A stretch of 64,000 nt of DNA from Amoebidium appalachense. Lineage: Eukaryota > Protista > Ichthyosporea. The DNA lies in NCBI GenBank assembly GCA_963693365.1, contig CAVNZM010000006.1, positions 9,551,355-9,615,354 of the forward strand, given 5' to 3'. Positions 15,953 to 30,013 of the stretch are shown here, piece after piece; position 1 is the first letter of the stretch; each line of letters opens with the position of its first letter. Position numbers and translations under genes: made by a program. The notes under the pieces were generated by a model, which was not told where the DNA came from, made no database searches, and worked only from the letters and a program-made list of their open reading frames with translations.

Positions 15953-16102
15953 ATGGCGCGCCACAAAGCGACCAAGCAGGTGGTCAAGCGGCCATTGAAG
16001 CTCAACATGCTTGCCTTCACGGAGTACTTTGCCGTGGGAACCTCTGTGCTCTTCTTTGTGGCCATGTGTGGCCAGCTCTTTTTGGTACTGCACCACCATT
16101 AG
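15953..16102 (+). CDS. Putative 49-aa single-pass membrane micropeptide
   Basis: AAAATGG start context. MARHKATKQVVKRPLKLNMLAFTEYFAVGTSVLFFVAMCGQLFLVLHHH has a basic N-terminus and hydrophobic C-terminus. Third codon positions are GC-rich like neighbouring genes. An upstream GTAAGT donor (~15827) suggests a 5' UTR intron. Confidence 0.5.
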   Translation: MARHKATKQVVKRPLKLNMLAFTEYFAVGTSVLFFVAMCGQLFLVLHHH

Positions 16103-17251
16103 CCCCAACACCCGGCCTTAGCATCACTCCTTGAGTGCATCCGAGTCAACATGACCTGACCTGCTTTCTTCTCCGGACCCAGCTTCGACAAGTTCTCAAC
16201 AGGAGTCGTTGTCTACGTTACGTTTATGTTTCCCTACCGGCACACCATTACTGTCGCAGTCTCCCGGTGCTTCAAGAAGTTGGTCCAGGATGGAGCGTTT
16301 GTGTTCAGGATACAAGAGCACGTCTGCACTACGTACTACTAAACACAATTTGATTTTTGACTTACATAGACTGTGAGTTTCTGCGACTCAGGATACGGTA
16401 ACCGCACTGACTCGGGATGTGTTGAAGTTATTTTCCACAGCAGACCGTCGCATAAAGGTTTGAATATTGTGTGCATGGAAAACATCTGGTGAAGCTTTAA
16501 GGTGCTTGAAGCACCCTATGGAGCGAGTTACAGACGGTGCTGTGGTTTGGGTTGTCCTCATCTTGGTTGTTACCTTGCTGCTGCCGCATGTGACTTAACA
16601 GACACGGTTAGGTTCATTGATATTGTGTGTTTTGAGACACGCATAGTAGTAACAGTTCTCCAGTTCAAAGTTAATGGAACTACAAGCCAGGCAATGCTTT
16701 TAGACTGTCTTAACTCGTAGCTGATTGGACAGCTGCAGTAATTCGAAAGAACGAGTGTTCTCCTGTGTACCAGACCTTAATAAAGGGGAGTTTTTTCATG
16801 AAAGCTTGTCACCTGCCATTTTTTTCTTTGTGTCCGTCTTGGCCACTTTCGTTTCTGCGTCTATCACTTTTGCTTCCAGCATTACTGTTCTCTCGCCTGG
16901 GGGGTGGGGTGGGGTGGGGAGGTGGGGTGGATGTGTGTGTGGGGGGGGGGGGGGAGAGCGGGGGAGGAGAAGGGGGGGAGGGGGGGGGGGGGAGGGGGGG
17001 AGGGGGAGCAGCAGAAAATCAAGGAATCATAATTCATCCTCCCCAGGCTGGGATCACCCCATATAAGTAGCTGCTCAAGTGGATGCCCGTCTCCCCCCCT
17101 CCTCCCCCTTCCCTCCAAAAGAAAAACCTGCCTATCTTTTCTTTTCAAAAGTTTATTAGTTGCTTCCCCTCTCCCCCTCCTCCCCACCTCCCTCTCCCCT
17201 CCCCCCCCCCCCCCCCCCCCCCCCCCCCACGCACGCACACACACACACACA

Positions 17252-17340
<89 letters not shown>

Positions 17341-17353
17341 TCTCCCTCTCTCG

Positions 17354-17403
<50 letters not shown>

Positions 17404-17502
17404 CCCTCTCTCCCCCCCCCTCCCCCCCCCCTCTCTCCTCTTTCTCTCTCTCTCTTTTTTCTCTCTCTCCCTCTCTCTCTATCTCTCTCTCTCTCTCTCT
17501 CT

Positions 17503-17591
17503 CCCCACCACCATCCCCTCTCTCAGCTAACGTTGGCTGAAGGGGTCCCCCCCCCCCCCCCCCATCCCCCCCCCCCCCCCCCCCCCCCTCT

Positions 17592-17651
<60 letters not shown>

Positions 17652-17730
17652 TCCCCACTCTCTCAACCTCTCTCTCTCTCTTTCTCCCCACCACCATCCC
17701 CTCTCTCAGCTAACGTTGGCTGAAGGGGTC
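17503..17730. repeat. Two identical ~45 bp direct repeats, each an inverted-repeat hairpin, within (CT)n/poly-C
   Basis: ccccaccaccatcccctctctcagctaacgttggctgaaggggtc at 17503-17547 and 17686-17730. Confidence 0.85.
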
Positions 17731-17778
17731 ACCCCCCCCCCCCCCCCCCACCCCCCCCCTACCCCCTCCCCCCTCCCT

Positions 17779-17810
<32 letters not shown>

Positions 17811-17944
17811 CCCCCCCCCCAAAAAAAACAGAAATGAATAAAGAAAAAAGAAAAAAAGAAAAAAGAAAAGGAAAAGAAAGAAAGGAAAAAAGCCCCCAGG
17901 GGGAGGGGGAGGTCTCTAGAGTCCCCAACAGCGCTAGCACGGCC

Positions 17945-17989
<45 letters not shown>

Positions 17990-19107
17990 AAAAAAAAAAA
18001 AAAACGGAAAAAGAAAAAAAAGAGAAAGAAAGAAAGAAAGAAAGAGGCGCTCAGACAAACACCCATGACATCAGTGTACACACCGTGACTGACACATTCG
18101 ACAAACAAACAAACAAACCAAAAAAATAAACAAATAATAAAACGTCTATCTCCCTTGGAATACGTATACCCCCCCCCCCCCTCCCTCCCTCCCTCTCTCT
18201 CTCGAGGATCCCTCTCAACGACTCCCCGGTGAGGCAAACTCACCTATATTAGGCCGCTTCCTCCTATGTAGCTTACATTGGCCCACCATTGAAAGTATAC
18301 TGACCTTGTCCAATCGATCAAGGGTTAACATGGTCTATATCACGTTGCAGTGGATTGGGAGCACTGATTCTAGCTTTGCGATCGATATATCGTTCGGGCA
18401 TGAACGCCATAATCATGTTTACGTACTCAGTCTGACACGGACCGGGTGTCACATCATGCTTGTCTGTGTGGGTGTGTATGTGTGTGTGTGTACATGTGTA
18501 CGTGTGCATACCTCCGAATCCAGCCGCGGCTAACGGCATGTGCGTGTGTCACGGTGTGTGTGTGAACAATGTCATTGTGTTGTTAATTTTCAAAAACGAA
18601 CATTCACGATCATGCAACAATGTATGCGGATACATGCATGCACGTGTGTGTGTCTTGTCTGTTCATTTGTGGCTGTGTACATGTAACAGTTCCACATTGA
18701 GGTTCTTTATCATGATTTAATTTATACGATGTATCATACTGACCCATCAGAAAACGTAAAAACCTAGGCAGAAAACTTTCGCACAAATGCACCATAAGTT
18801 ACTGTATATACTCGTTGAGCCCACCGAAAAGGGGAGCCCGTTCATGTATGTACAATTCATGACCAAACGAGCGAGAAAATCGGGCAAGCCACTGATAATC
18901 TGTCGAAGTCATAACCAGTAAAAAGTCGACTTGACTATAAATGTGTAAAGCTAAACCTGAAAAATCCAAACACACTCCCCCGCCACCTATGCAACTCGTG
19001 CATCTAGAAAAATCAGGCGCTCTCTCAAACATAATAACATCTAAGTATTACGAAAATCCACCCATACACATTCAAAAATCCAACAACCACCGCCAGCACT
19101 ACGGCAC

Positions 19108-20545
19108 TCATGCATCCACAAACTCCACGCTGTCCGTGCGCACGTTTTCGCGGTAGAACTCCTTCAGGTTGCGGTGTGTCCTCATGGCCCTATCCAGGGT
19201 GGTCTGGCCGTGTGTGATCACACGGCTCCTCTCTGCTATGTCCCTCTCCAGGGTGCCCTTCTCCTTGTGCAGGGCGCCCTTTGCCTCGTCGATCTGGCAG
19301 GCCAGCTGCTTGAGCTGCAGGTCCCTGATGGACCCGCTGTACATCTTGCCTGCTGCAAGCGCCACCTGAGGGGCCACACCCCGCAGGTGGTTTGCAAAGT
19401 GTGCCATGAACTGCGCCTTGAACCGCCGCTCCTTTGCCGCGTTGGTGTATGTGAGGTACTCCCACCCGTACAGCGCCCCGTAGATGCCCCCCACCCCCAG
19501 CACGACCTTCCACACGCTGGGCTTGGTGATGAGCGTCACCACCACCGTGGTGAGCGACAGAACAGATGCCGGGTTGAGTAGCGCCGAAACAAACGGAATC
19601 ACCGCGTGAGGACCAGCCCCCTCCGCACCCGCCATCTCCGCACCCTTGACGGGGCTACCGGTAAGTGCGACGTTGATGAGCGAGTAGCTGCTGCCGCCGA
19701 ATATTTTCGGCCCAAGTGCGTGCCAGCCGAGAGAAAACCGGAAGTCAATGTCCTCCTTAAAGGTAGGCAGCACGTTGGTGGCCAGCTGGTCGGGCGTGAC
19801 TGTGGGCCGCTTGAACGTGTGGATGGAGGTGCTGACCATGCGGTCCTGCATCACCTGCGCCACCCTGGCCACCATGGCCTCCTGTGAGTCCCGGTATGCT
19901 GCAGCAATCCCTTTGTCGCTGTGTGCACGTAGTGCCTCGCACGCCGCCGCGCCGGTATGTTCCAGTAGGCGCTCCTTGTACTTTGTGATGGTCTCGGGCT
20001 TGAACACGCAGTAGTCAAACCCGGCCACTATGTCGTAGAGCCTGCCCTCGACCAGGTCATTGAAGGCATCGGCCACCTTCTGGGTGACCCTCTGCTCCAG
20101 CTCGACGGCTATCTCGTCACAGCGCTGCAGCACCTTGCCCCCGTGGGTCTCCAGCTCACGCAGCCGTGTGCGCCTATCGTCCAGCTTGCTGGTGGCTATC
20201 TTCTGCTGCCGCTGCACATCCCCTACTAGCCGCTCCAGCCACTCCTCAAGTACCTGAAGGAAATCGGTTAGCCTGTGTGCTAGTGTTGAGAGAGTATGGT
20301 GTGCAGGGAGGAAAAGATGTGACAGGAGGAGAGGGCAGTGTCGTGGTGCCGGTGTCCGGGTGTGGGTGCACACGTACACAAATATCTCACTCACTCATTC
20401 CCTTCCTCCCTCCCTCACTCACACGCAATCCCTCCCTGTGAGCACACTATGTACTGCGGCAAAAATACAGCCCCCCCCCCCCCCACCCACCCACCCCTTA
20501 GCCGCAAGCTCGGTAAACTCAATCAGTGAGAGTAAGGAGGGGGAG

Positions 20546-20587
<42 letters not shown>

Positions 20588-21216
20588 GGAGCATAAGGAA
20601 CTGGGAACCCGAAAGTAGCGATATCAAAAGCAACAAAAGCAAACAGAAGCGGCAACTGACCCTAAGTCCTATCATCATGGAGGTTCCCATCGCTCCACAA
20701 GCGAATGGGCAACTTTCTTCAGCCACTAGCGCACGGTTCCAACCCCTCGTGAAAGGCCCCCCCGGGGGGGGGGGGGGGGGGGGGGATGCTGTGACTTTTG
20801 AGCGCTAGAGAGATCGAGGGGGTGTATTAGGGGAGTGCGAACATGTGTTTTTATCGAATGGTGTTGCATAATTGTAACAGGTGATATGCACGTGGGCATG
20901 ACGGAGAAAGAAGGGCAGTGGCAGCAAACACACGTGTACAGCATGCATGTGGAGAGCAGCAGCCACGTAGTCATGACTTGTATCCGTGCATGTAGGGGGG
21001 AGTACATATGTGGGCAGGGGAAGCCCAAGCCATCCACAGAGGGGAGAAGGAGGGGGTGGGGAGGGGCTGAGAGAGGGGGGGGGGGGGGGGGGGGGGGAGG
21101 GAGGACAAAGACAGACAGAGAAAGGGAGAGAAGGGTGGAGGGGAGGGAGGGAGGGAGGAAGAGGGAGAGGGAGGGAGAGGGAGGGAGAGGGAGAGGGAGG
21201 GAGAGGGAGAGGGAGA

Positions 21217-21252
<36 letters not shown>

Positions 21253-21966
21253 GAGGTAGAACGTATCACAAGACTACGAAGTACACATTCGTATCGGACA
21301 ACACAGTGCAGATACAGAAAAGAGAGCACACAAAGAGTATACATCGTAAGGAGGAGGGGTAGGGTAGGGTGCCGGGGGGGGGGGGGGGGGGGGGGGCACA
21401 TACAATGACGATGTCCAGGCCCCTGACTATGTGGGCCTCGAACTTTGTCCTAATTGCGCTCTCACTGATGCACTCCTCAAACAGCTTCTCAAAGCGCTTG
21501 AAGTCCTCGTAGCGCGCCTGGGACTCGGGGTTGTCCATGCCCTTGTACTCCTTGCGGGTCCGGTGCAGCAGTGTCTCCTTGCCGCTGACAAAGAACACAC
21601 GCTCCGCTGGGTCCACCGCTAGCCCCAGTTCCTGCATAATCGTGTGGCTGTTAGCTGCCTGTTATCCCCCCCCCCCCCCCCCTCCCCACCCCCCTCACAC
21701 ACATCTCCCTCACCCCTTCCGTTTTCAACCCGTCTCCCAGCTGCTTTTCCTTACCCCTTCATGAATCATAACGATGCAAAGGACAGAGGCAAAGAGAAAG
21801 TGAGAATGACGGGTGTGGGACAGATGCGTAGTGTGATGGAGAGAATAAGACTGGTTAAGGAAAGTGTTACAGAGTACCGTGTAAACACTAACCACGGACA
21901 ACGCAATGTACATTTTGAAAAAAAACACCAAAAAAACAAGGCGTATGCATCTGGTGGTTGGGGCGG

Positions 21967-22015
<49 letters not shown>

Positions 22016-22118
22016 TAAGAATGTGATAGACTGAGGTACCAATCATATTTCACGTAATGTGGATATGCATAACTCAGTACACACATTGTGCAACGTAAAT
22101 AGAGCTCATCTTGTAAGG

Positions 22119-22166
<48 letters not shown>

Positions 22167-22575
22167 TGGGGTGGGGGTGGGGTGGGGGGCAAAATCGTGC
22201 AGGTACCAACAGAAGACACAAAGACAAAGGGAGCCAACACCCACATATACACAACCCATATCCCCATGAAACACACCCCACACACCCATCGACATCATTC
22301 CCCACACACATCATTCCCCCTAGCCCTCCCCATACCTGTGTGAGGAAGTTAGCGGCCTTAGTGAAGTGCTGCTCACGCACGGCCGCCACCCCATCCTCGT
22401 CATCACTACCGTCCCAGCGGTTGTACAGCAGAAACACGTTGGGCTTGGACAGCTTCTTGGCCACCTCCGTGAAGAACGTCTTCTCCTGTGGTAAAATGGT
22501 AAGGACATATGAAGGATGGTGTGTACCGCAGCACAATGTTGCATCTCTCCATACCCACAGGTGCTATTGGTGACG

Positions 22576-22612
<37 letters not shown>

Positions 22613-22805
22613 TTGAATGCGTTAAAAAGTACGAAGTACACAAGAACAAACGGATAACACGATGCAGAATGCAAGCCATACATAAAGAGTATGCATAATA
22701 AGCAGAGCCCATCCTCAGGGGGGGCCCACGTCATCCACAGTACCCGAGTTTCGACCTATTCCCCTCGTGGGGCAAACACACACACAGGTGCTTTTGATGA
22801 CGTTT

Positions 22806-22836
<31 letters not shown>

Positions 22837-23022
22837 ACTCAGAAAGGGATTGTGGATGCGTTGAGAATTCAAAAGGGAAGAGCAGATATTGGGGTGGAGG
22901 ATGAGGGGGAGGGGGGCCGGGGTGGCAAGTGTTACAGAGTACAACGTACACATCCATGATGGACAACACAATGCAGATTGCAAATCACAGATTAAGAGTA
23001 GGTACGGATGGGGAAAAAGGCC

Positions 23023-23062
<40 letters not shown>

Positions 23063-26000
23063 GTTTGAATGCGTCCAAAAAGTACGAAGTACACAAGAAC
23101 AAACGGATAACACGATGCAGAATGCAAGCCATACATAAAGAGTATGGGGGGGGGGGGGGGGGGGGGGGATTGGGTCTTGGACATAGTTGCAGCTGAGCAC
23201 AGGGGTGGGTAACGTGCAGTGCACAGAATGAGAGGTAAAAAGAGGGAGCATGGCTAGAAAGGATCCGAACTAAACTCTAATAAAAAAACAGCTCTGGAGA
23301 AATGCTCACACTATCATCCCCCTCAAACACCCCCTTATCCAAGCAGCATTATATTCGGAAACCTTGTCCTGCAGAAGACAAGAGAAAGACTGACAGACAA
23401 ACAGCACCCCCCCCCCCCCCCATCACCCTTCTCCCTCCCTGCTGCTCCCGAAGTGACATTCCATTCCCACTTCTTTATATCCACACTCCCACACTCCCAC
23501 ACTCCCACGTGGGCACACGAGCACACCCACACCCACGCACACACACACACACAAATGCACGACCCACTCCACCAACACACGCACATTCATGCCTACGCAC
23601 CAACACAGCAACCAATCCACCCAACTACCCAACTCCAATAGCTTGACCTCCCCAAACAAACAATTCCTTTAAGACACCCACATTTCCGCCACACATCACT
23701 GACCACCATTCCATGAGCATCCCCCCCCCCCTCCCCCCCCCCCCCCCCCTCCCCCTTCCCCCACCCCACCCACCCACCCACCCACACACACAAAAAAAAA
23801 AAAAAAAAAAGGGCACGAACCGTATGTTTCAGTGTAGACTCGGCGTTTGCGACCAGGACAAACACATCCGCATCGTGGCAGAACTTATCGATCCAGCTGT
23901 CATAGTGCTCGTCCATGTCCAGGCCCGGGGTGTCTATCAGGCACACCCCGTCCCCCAGTAGGCGGCACACCTTCTTGTCCCAGAACACCTTGACCATGGC
24001 CATGCTGGCACTGGGCTTGGCTGCCTGCCCGTTCTCCTCACTCCCCTGCAATCACAATCACCCAGTAACTAAACTGCCCATGGAGGCGAACAACGTACCG
24101 AATACTGTCCGAAACAGCACACATGCGCCCAGACACACACAAACACCAGTGGTAGCTTAAGGGAGAATGTGTTGAGAGGGTGGTGTTGCTGACGTAGACC
24201 GGGGCTTGCAAGCATGTGGTTGAGCTTGGTGGGACCCAATATTGCGCACATTGCACTATTTGAATGCAGAGTGCATGTGTATGCTTTTTGCTCTTGATAC
24301 CCAATCCTCCCCCCCCCCCTCCCCCCCTTGCCCCACACACACACCTCCCCCCCCCCCCCCCCCCCCCTCCAAAAAGGGGCTTGCTCGCAGCTTATCTACC
24401 TCTGCCTTCCTCGTGCTCTTCTCCCCCCAGCTGCTCCTTGTCACCTTGCCCAACCTCTCCCCCTCCCCCTCTTTTCCTCCCCTCCCTCCTCCCGGGCCCT
24501 AATCAACCCCCCTCCTCCCCCCCCCTCCCCCCTCTGCACACACAAACAGTATTAACTTTACCCCCTCCTCTCCCCCCTCGCCCCCTCTTGCCACACAAAA
24601 CCAACACCACCACCACCTAAGCCCACACCTCCTCCCATTGTTGCCGGTTTTCTAGAACGCGTTCTTTGCCACTACTCGGCAACAAGCACGTACCATGTAG
24701 CAATCTTGTTTGTGTGTTTGCAAATTGCCAGGGTGGTGGCAAGAGAAGAACAAGCAAGAGAGAAATCCGAAAGAGAAGGGAAATCAGAGGGAAGGGTGCC
24801 CGGAGGAACAGAAAAACGGGGAGGGGGGACGGAGAGGGGGCAAGAGAGGGAGAGCGGGGAGAGGGAGAGAGGGGGGAGAGGGAGAGAGAGAGGACGGGGG
24901 GGGGGGGGGGGGGGGGGGGGGTGAGAGTGAGAGTGAGAAAGAAGGGTGGGAGGGAAGAAAGAGAGTTAGAGAGAAGTTGGGAGCGAGGAAGGGAAGGGGA
25001 GAGAGGGGGGGGGGGGGGGGGGGGAGGGGGGGAGGGGAGAGAGGTGGTGGGAGGGAGGGACTGAGGGCACAGAGAAAGGGGGAGACCGGGGAGAGAGAGA
25101 GAGAGAGAGAGAGAAGGGGAGAGGGGGGTGGGAAGGAGAGAGTCGCAGAGAGACAGAGAGAGGGAGGGGAGGGGGGGGGGGGGGGGGGGGGGAGATAAAG
25201 AGACGGAGAGGCGTGGGGTGCAGGCGTCCAGAACACAGCTGATGTTCTTTGCACCTCTTTCCCTTCCCCACCTCCTCCCCCCACCCCCTCTCCATCCCTT
25301 TTCCCCCACCCACCCACCCTATACTCTTATTATACCCTTCTCTACACCCTACCACCTCAGCCCAGCCCAACCTCTGCTCTTTCAGTTCCTTCCAACACAC
25401 AAGCCCATCATAATCTCACTTTGAACCATCCCAAACACACCCTAATGAAAAGGATGGATGGATGATGTTCAGCAACCAACCAGGCATGCTGTCTCATGAA
25501 CAAGCACGGATACCAAATACACCCACCTTTGCAAGAGCGTGAGCCACCTGTTTCACATTGGTGATGCTTTGCCTTTGTCCCCCCTCACCCACCATCATAT
25601 ATGGCTCCTCCTCCGTTCCCTCAACCGAGCAGAAGCAATTTGTGGTGTGGCCGATACCAACAGGTAGGATTGTCTGCCATAACATGCTGTTGATAACTGT
25701 GCTTTTACCGTTGCTTGTATGGCCCACAAAAACCACTTTCATGTTGTCCCGCCGCAAAAGCGCAACAATGTTGTCTACCACCTCTTGAAATTCATGTATG
25801 GCCTTCTGCTCCTTAATCGTCGGGTCTGTGTCTGTGGAGAGGGAGACGGAATAAATACTCAACAACAATACCTGAACCCGGAAAATTGCAATACATTCAA
25901 TTTGGGCTGCTAGCTGTCATTCATGAATTCAGCTTTGTTCAATTCGATTTTCTTGCTCCAAGAGAATCAATCGTCATCACCCCCAACCCCTCACCCCCTC

Positions 26001-26416
26001 CTCGCCTCCCCCCCCCCTTCCAAATACCACTGCCACCCTACCAGCATCACCGTCAGTCAGCAACACAGGTCAACAAATTGTAATAACAAGGAGCACTGGT
26101 GCCCGGCTAGAGCGGTGGAAGAGTTGAGACAGGCAAGCGCAGCATCTGGACAAACGGCGGACACTGTAACGTAAACCAACACCTAAAGGCTTTTAGGGTA
26201 CCAATTATGATAATGCCCTAAAACTTAAATGGAAAGAAAGACGCAGAACCTACCAAACCTCTCAATGTCTGAGAGGAACTCCCCCGTGCTCTCGATGACA
26301 TCTTTGAGATCTGTAAACTGCTGGCTGATGGCAACTTTGCACGCGGCGAACTTTCTCAGCGGGCTAACGCCGTTTGGATGAAGTATAAAAGACTTTCTTG
26401 TTGTTGCGGAATTCAT
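19108..26416 (-). CDS. MFN: Mitofusin (Fzo/MFN dynamin-like GTPase), 6 exons
   Basis: Phase-consistent exons 26254-26416, 25527-25831, 23821-24045, 22336-22485, 21404-21631, 19108-20253. Motifs: SPLRKF, MKVVFVGHTSNGKSTVINSML..LPVGIGHTTNCF, LIDTPGLD..DSWIDKFCHDADVFVLVANAESTL, KLSKPNVFLLYNRWD, RVFFVSGKE, FEECISESAIRTKFEAH, FKEDIDFRFSLGW, TM region, YLTYTNAAKERRFK. Confidence 0.96.
22611..22768 (-). mobile_element. Truncated copy of the (C)n-associated repeat family in a mitofusin intron
   Basis: Near-identical to 8910-9067, including the CTGAGGA and GAAAC strands. Preceded by a ~30 G run on +. Confidence 0.88.
23064..23145 (-). mobile_element. Short 3' fragment of the (C)n-associated repeat family
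   Basis: tttgaatgcgtccaaaaagtacgaagtacac...cataaagagtatg, flanked by G runs on both sides. Confidence 0.85.
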
Positions 26417-27121
26417 TTCTAATTTTGAAAAAAACCACTAGGCTATGTTATGTGCACGATGGCAGTGCAGCACACTGCTCCTAGCGAAAAGCTTCCTGGC
26501 TGACAAAACAACTACCCATCCAGCGGTGCTACAAAGTCCAAAGACCTCCGCTATGCAGATGTACCTAAGAATACAGAAACTACTGTCGATCGTGTATATG
26601 CGCGAAAAGTATAAACCTAAGTTTTGCCAGCAGCTAGTAGTGCTCTCTCCCGCCAATCAAAAGATCTAGAAACGGGTCAACAGTAAACCCTTAAATAAGC
26701 ACGCTGTAAGCGAAGTCAGAGATCCGTTAACCCTAGCAGAGAGTACAGCACTGTTACGTGTGTGAAATACAAGGCACTCTTACTGATAAAACGATAGTTT
26801 ATAAAGTCAATGCGTTGATCTTTCCCTTCTCTCGCTTTGTCATCTCTTTGTAAACTTAGGAGTTCGCAGCTCTTGGTGCTTGGTGCCACGCGCTGTCTGC
26901 CAGGGTGCCAAGGGCTCCGCAGCCGTAAACTTATGATGCCTGAATCTTGGCCAATCGGTAACCTTTGTGGAAGAGTTAACTTATCAAGCCCGGATCATCC
27001 GATGGGGATGATTGCGTGTAGTGCGCATGCCTGCTTGCACAAGAAGCTTCCACACAAAAGTACATTTGAAGTGAAAGGAACTTTTTAGATACAAACACAC
27101 ACACAGACACAAATACATGTA

Positions 27122-27236
<115 letters not shown>

Positions 27237-27482
27237 CAGCGCTAGCAGCTCCAAAGGCCGGCCAGGGCACAGCAAAAGCGTAAACTTATTAGGAAGGTAA
27301 TCAAAAGTAACATGTCCGAGTGACCATGTACCACCGAGGAATTCGAAATGGTCGAATCGACCCCTGCATGTAGAAATTCCTCTTTTCTTTGTGGTGGCAT
27401 TTTTGCGTCGAAATTATTGTCCTTGTTGTTTAGTTAATAGTGATATTATAATGTTGTGCGTAAGCAGGTTGATGTAGAGGCC

Positions 27483-27528
<46 letters not shown>

Positions 27529-27700
27529 GGGCGCCGGCCCCTATGGGGTCTGGTGCCCTTTGGATGTGGAAACCTGGCCCGGGAACGAGGAGGAGAATTT
27601 CCTGATCAGACCTAGGGGCGACAAGCTGCAAGGCCGAAAGAGGGTGTGTGTGTGTGTGTGTGGTGTGTGTGTGTGGTGTGTGTGTGTGGTGTGTGCGTGT

Positions 27701-27731
<31 letters not shown>

Positions 27732-28820
27732 GGGGGGGGGAGGGAGGGGGGTACGAGACAGGTACGTGACACTATGATAATTCTCGGTTTACCTGATTTG
27801 GACTCGTCGCAAGCCGCTGCACACGTTCAGCTGGTGAATTTGCCGCATAATATAAGCGAACATGCATAAAGTTGTTGTTATAATTGCTCTCAACCATGGC
27901 AACACACTGTGCTAAAGTTGATCAGCAGCACTTTATTGATATCGATGCTCGAATCCCTTGTTACACCCGCATAATTCAGGAAGCAAAAAAAAAAAAAAAA
28001 AAAAGGTCCATTAGGAGTATTTAATTGGTGTGTGCGGCCTCGAGATACAGAAGTGTAGTTGCTAATCCTACAAAATAGGCAATTGTAAACCTGGCTTACA
28101 CATAGAACGAAAGCCCCTAATAATTATGAAGCAAAAACGAACCTACATCAAAACTCAAGTCAGAGAAGGTCCAGCTTAAAGAGGCATGACGCAGTTGGTG
28201 CTGGCCACGAAGCCACCTCAATCATGTTGATTATATCTCGCTAATCACACACGAGGGTGCTGGAAGCGATTTAGTGATGGAGTGATCACACTCCCGTCAC
28301 TCAGTGGCCTCTCAGCTGCCGCCCCCCCACCACGTTAGCCATTAGAATCAACCCCTGCAGCAACACCCTCAAATCTATCATTATTAACCCCGGGCTGGGA
28401 AATATATTCTTTGATCATACACCCCTTACCAAGATCACATTATATCAGGGAGAATCCTGCACAAACCTACTTTTCCTCCCACCCTGCAAAGCAGATCTCC
28501 TTTTATCCTTTCATCACAAACAGGGTGTACCTGCATACACACCCGACCACCCGCCATAATCCCCCTCCACACGCACACGCACACGCGGTGCACAGATACC
28601 GGGCATCAGCAACATCCCCCCCGCCCCCCCCCCCCCCCCCCCCCCCCTCCCCCCTCCCCCCGTCCCCCCCTCCTGCTCTTTCCACAGTCCTATCACACAG
28701 GGAATAGATAGGCGCAGGAAGAGAGGGGCCGTGAAAACGCAGCACCGCAATTATCACATACACCACGTGTCAACTCTGCTTCGACATCGCGACACACATC
28801 ACATGCACAGTCAACGATAC

Positions 28821-28998
28821 CTCTTTGACGGCGTCAGCAAAGCGCTTCTTGTGGCCCCAGCTGTTGATGCCGATGTCGTCCAGCATCTGCTTGAGGTCCC
28901 CCTCGGCCTGGTCCAGCATCTCACCCGTGATGTTGTTCTCACGCAGTTTGGCCGCTATCATCCGGACCTCAGATACGGGGTGGTTGCTCGCCCAGCTG

Positions 28999-29090
<92 letters not shown>

Positions 29091-29979
29091 CGCGCGCGCG
29101 CGCGTGTGCGTATGGTATTGGCGGTGATTAGTGTAAGTATATCTCGTGCATATCTCTACAAACCGTCTGCCTGCTGAAGGCTAAGGCCCAATGGATAAAG
29201 GATAGTCTTTTGACCAAATGGATTCCTAGGGGTAGGTAAACAGGTTGCTCGAATATCGCAAGAGACGGAAGGTTTGATATGCGTTCCAGAATACAAGTAC
29301 AAGTGCACGAGGCACAACACGATGCAGGCTTTGCGGAAGGCAGCATGGAGCACGCAAAGAGAGAGTCATTGTTCTCGCACCGACAGCAGCATTCATTGAC
29401 CTGGGAAGAACACCATGTGTAGGGCTTGAAATGGAATACGAAAAAGCCCGCAACAAGGGGACAACGTGGTGGGGAGGGGGGGGAGGGCAAGAATGTGAGA
29501 AAGAGTACGAAGTACGCATTCACGACGGATAAAACAGAAGAGACTTTGCACAGTCCACACCAAGAGGGGGGGTGAGGCGGGGAGTGAGAGAGGACGAGGG
29601 GGGGAGGGGGGGGGGGCATGTGTGCATTAGGGGGTTGGATTATGGAGGGGAGACCAAAAAACAAACAGGGGGTTGAAAAGAGTACACTACGAAGAGCAAA
29701 TTCAAACCAGATAACGCAATGCACACCAAAAGTAAGCAACATAAAAATACCCCATATGAGAAGGGGGCAGGGGGGGATACCAAGAGTCACATGCACACAA
29801 ACATGCATGCCTACATATTCACAGCACAGCAGGGCCAAAATGTGCCGGCCAACCCAAACAGAATGAATACATACGTCAGCACGTCGTCCTCCGACCAGGT
29901 GTGGTAGTCGCCAGCAGGCTGGGTGGGTTGTGGTGCCCCATCTGCCCCCATTGCTGCTGCTGGGGCCGGCATGCCCATA

Positions 29980-30013
<34 letters not shown>

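Noticed and set aside
24380-24450. Coding-looking stretch inside mitofusin intron 2
   Set aside because: The flanking exons already join in phase with an uninterrupted GTPase domain, and no clear splice sites bound it.
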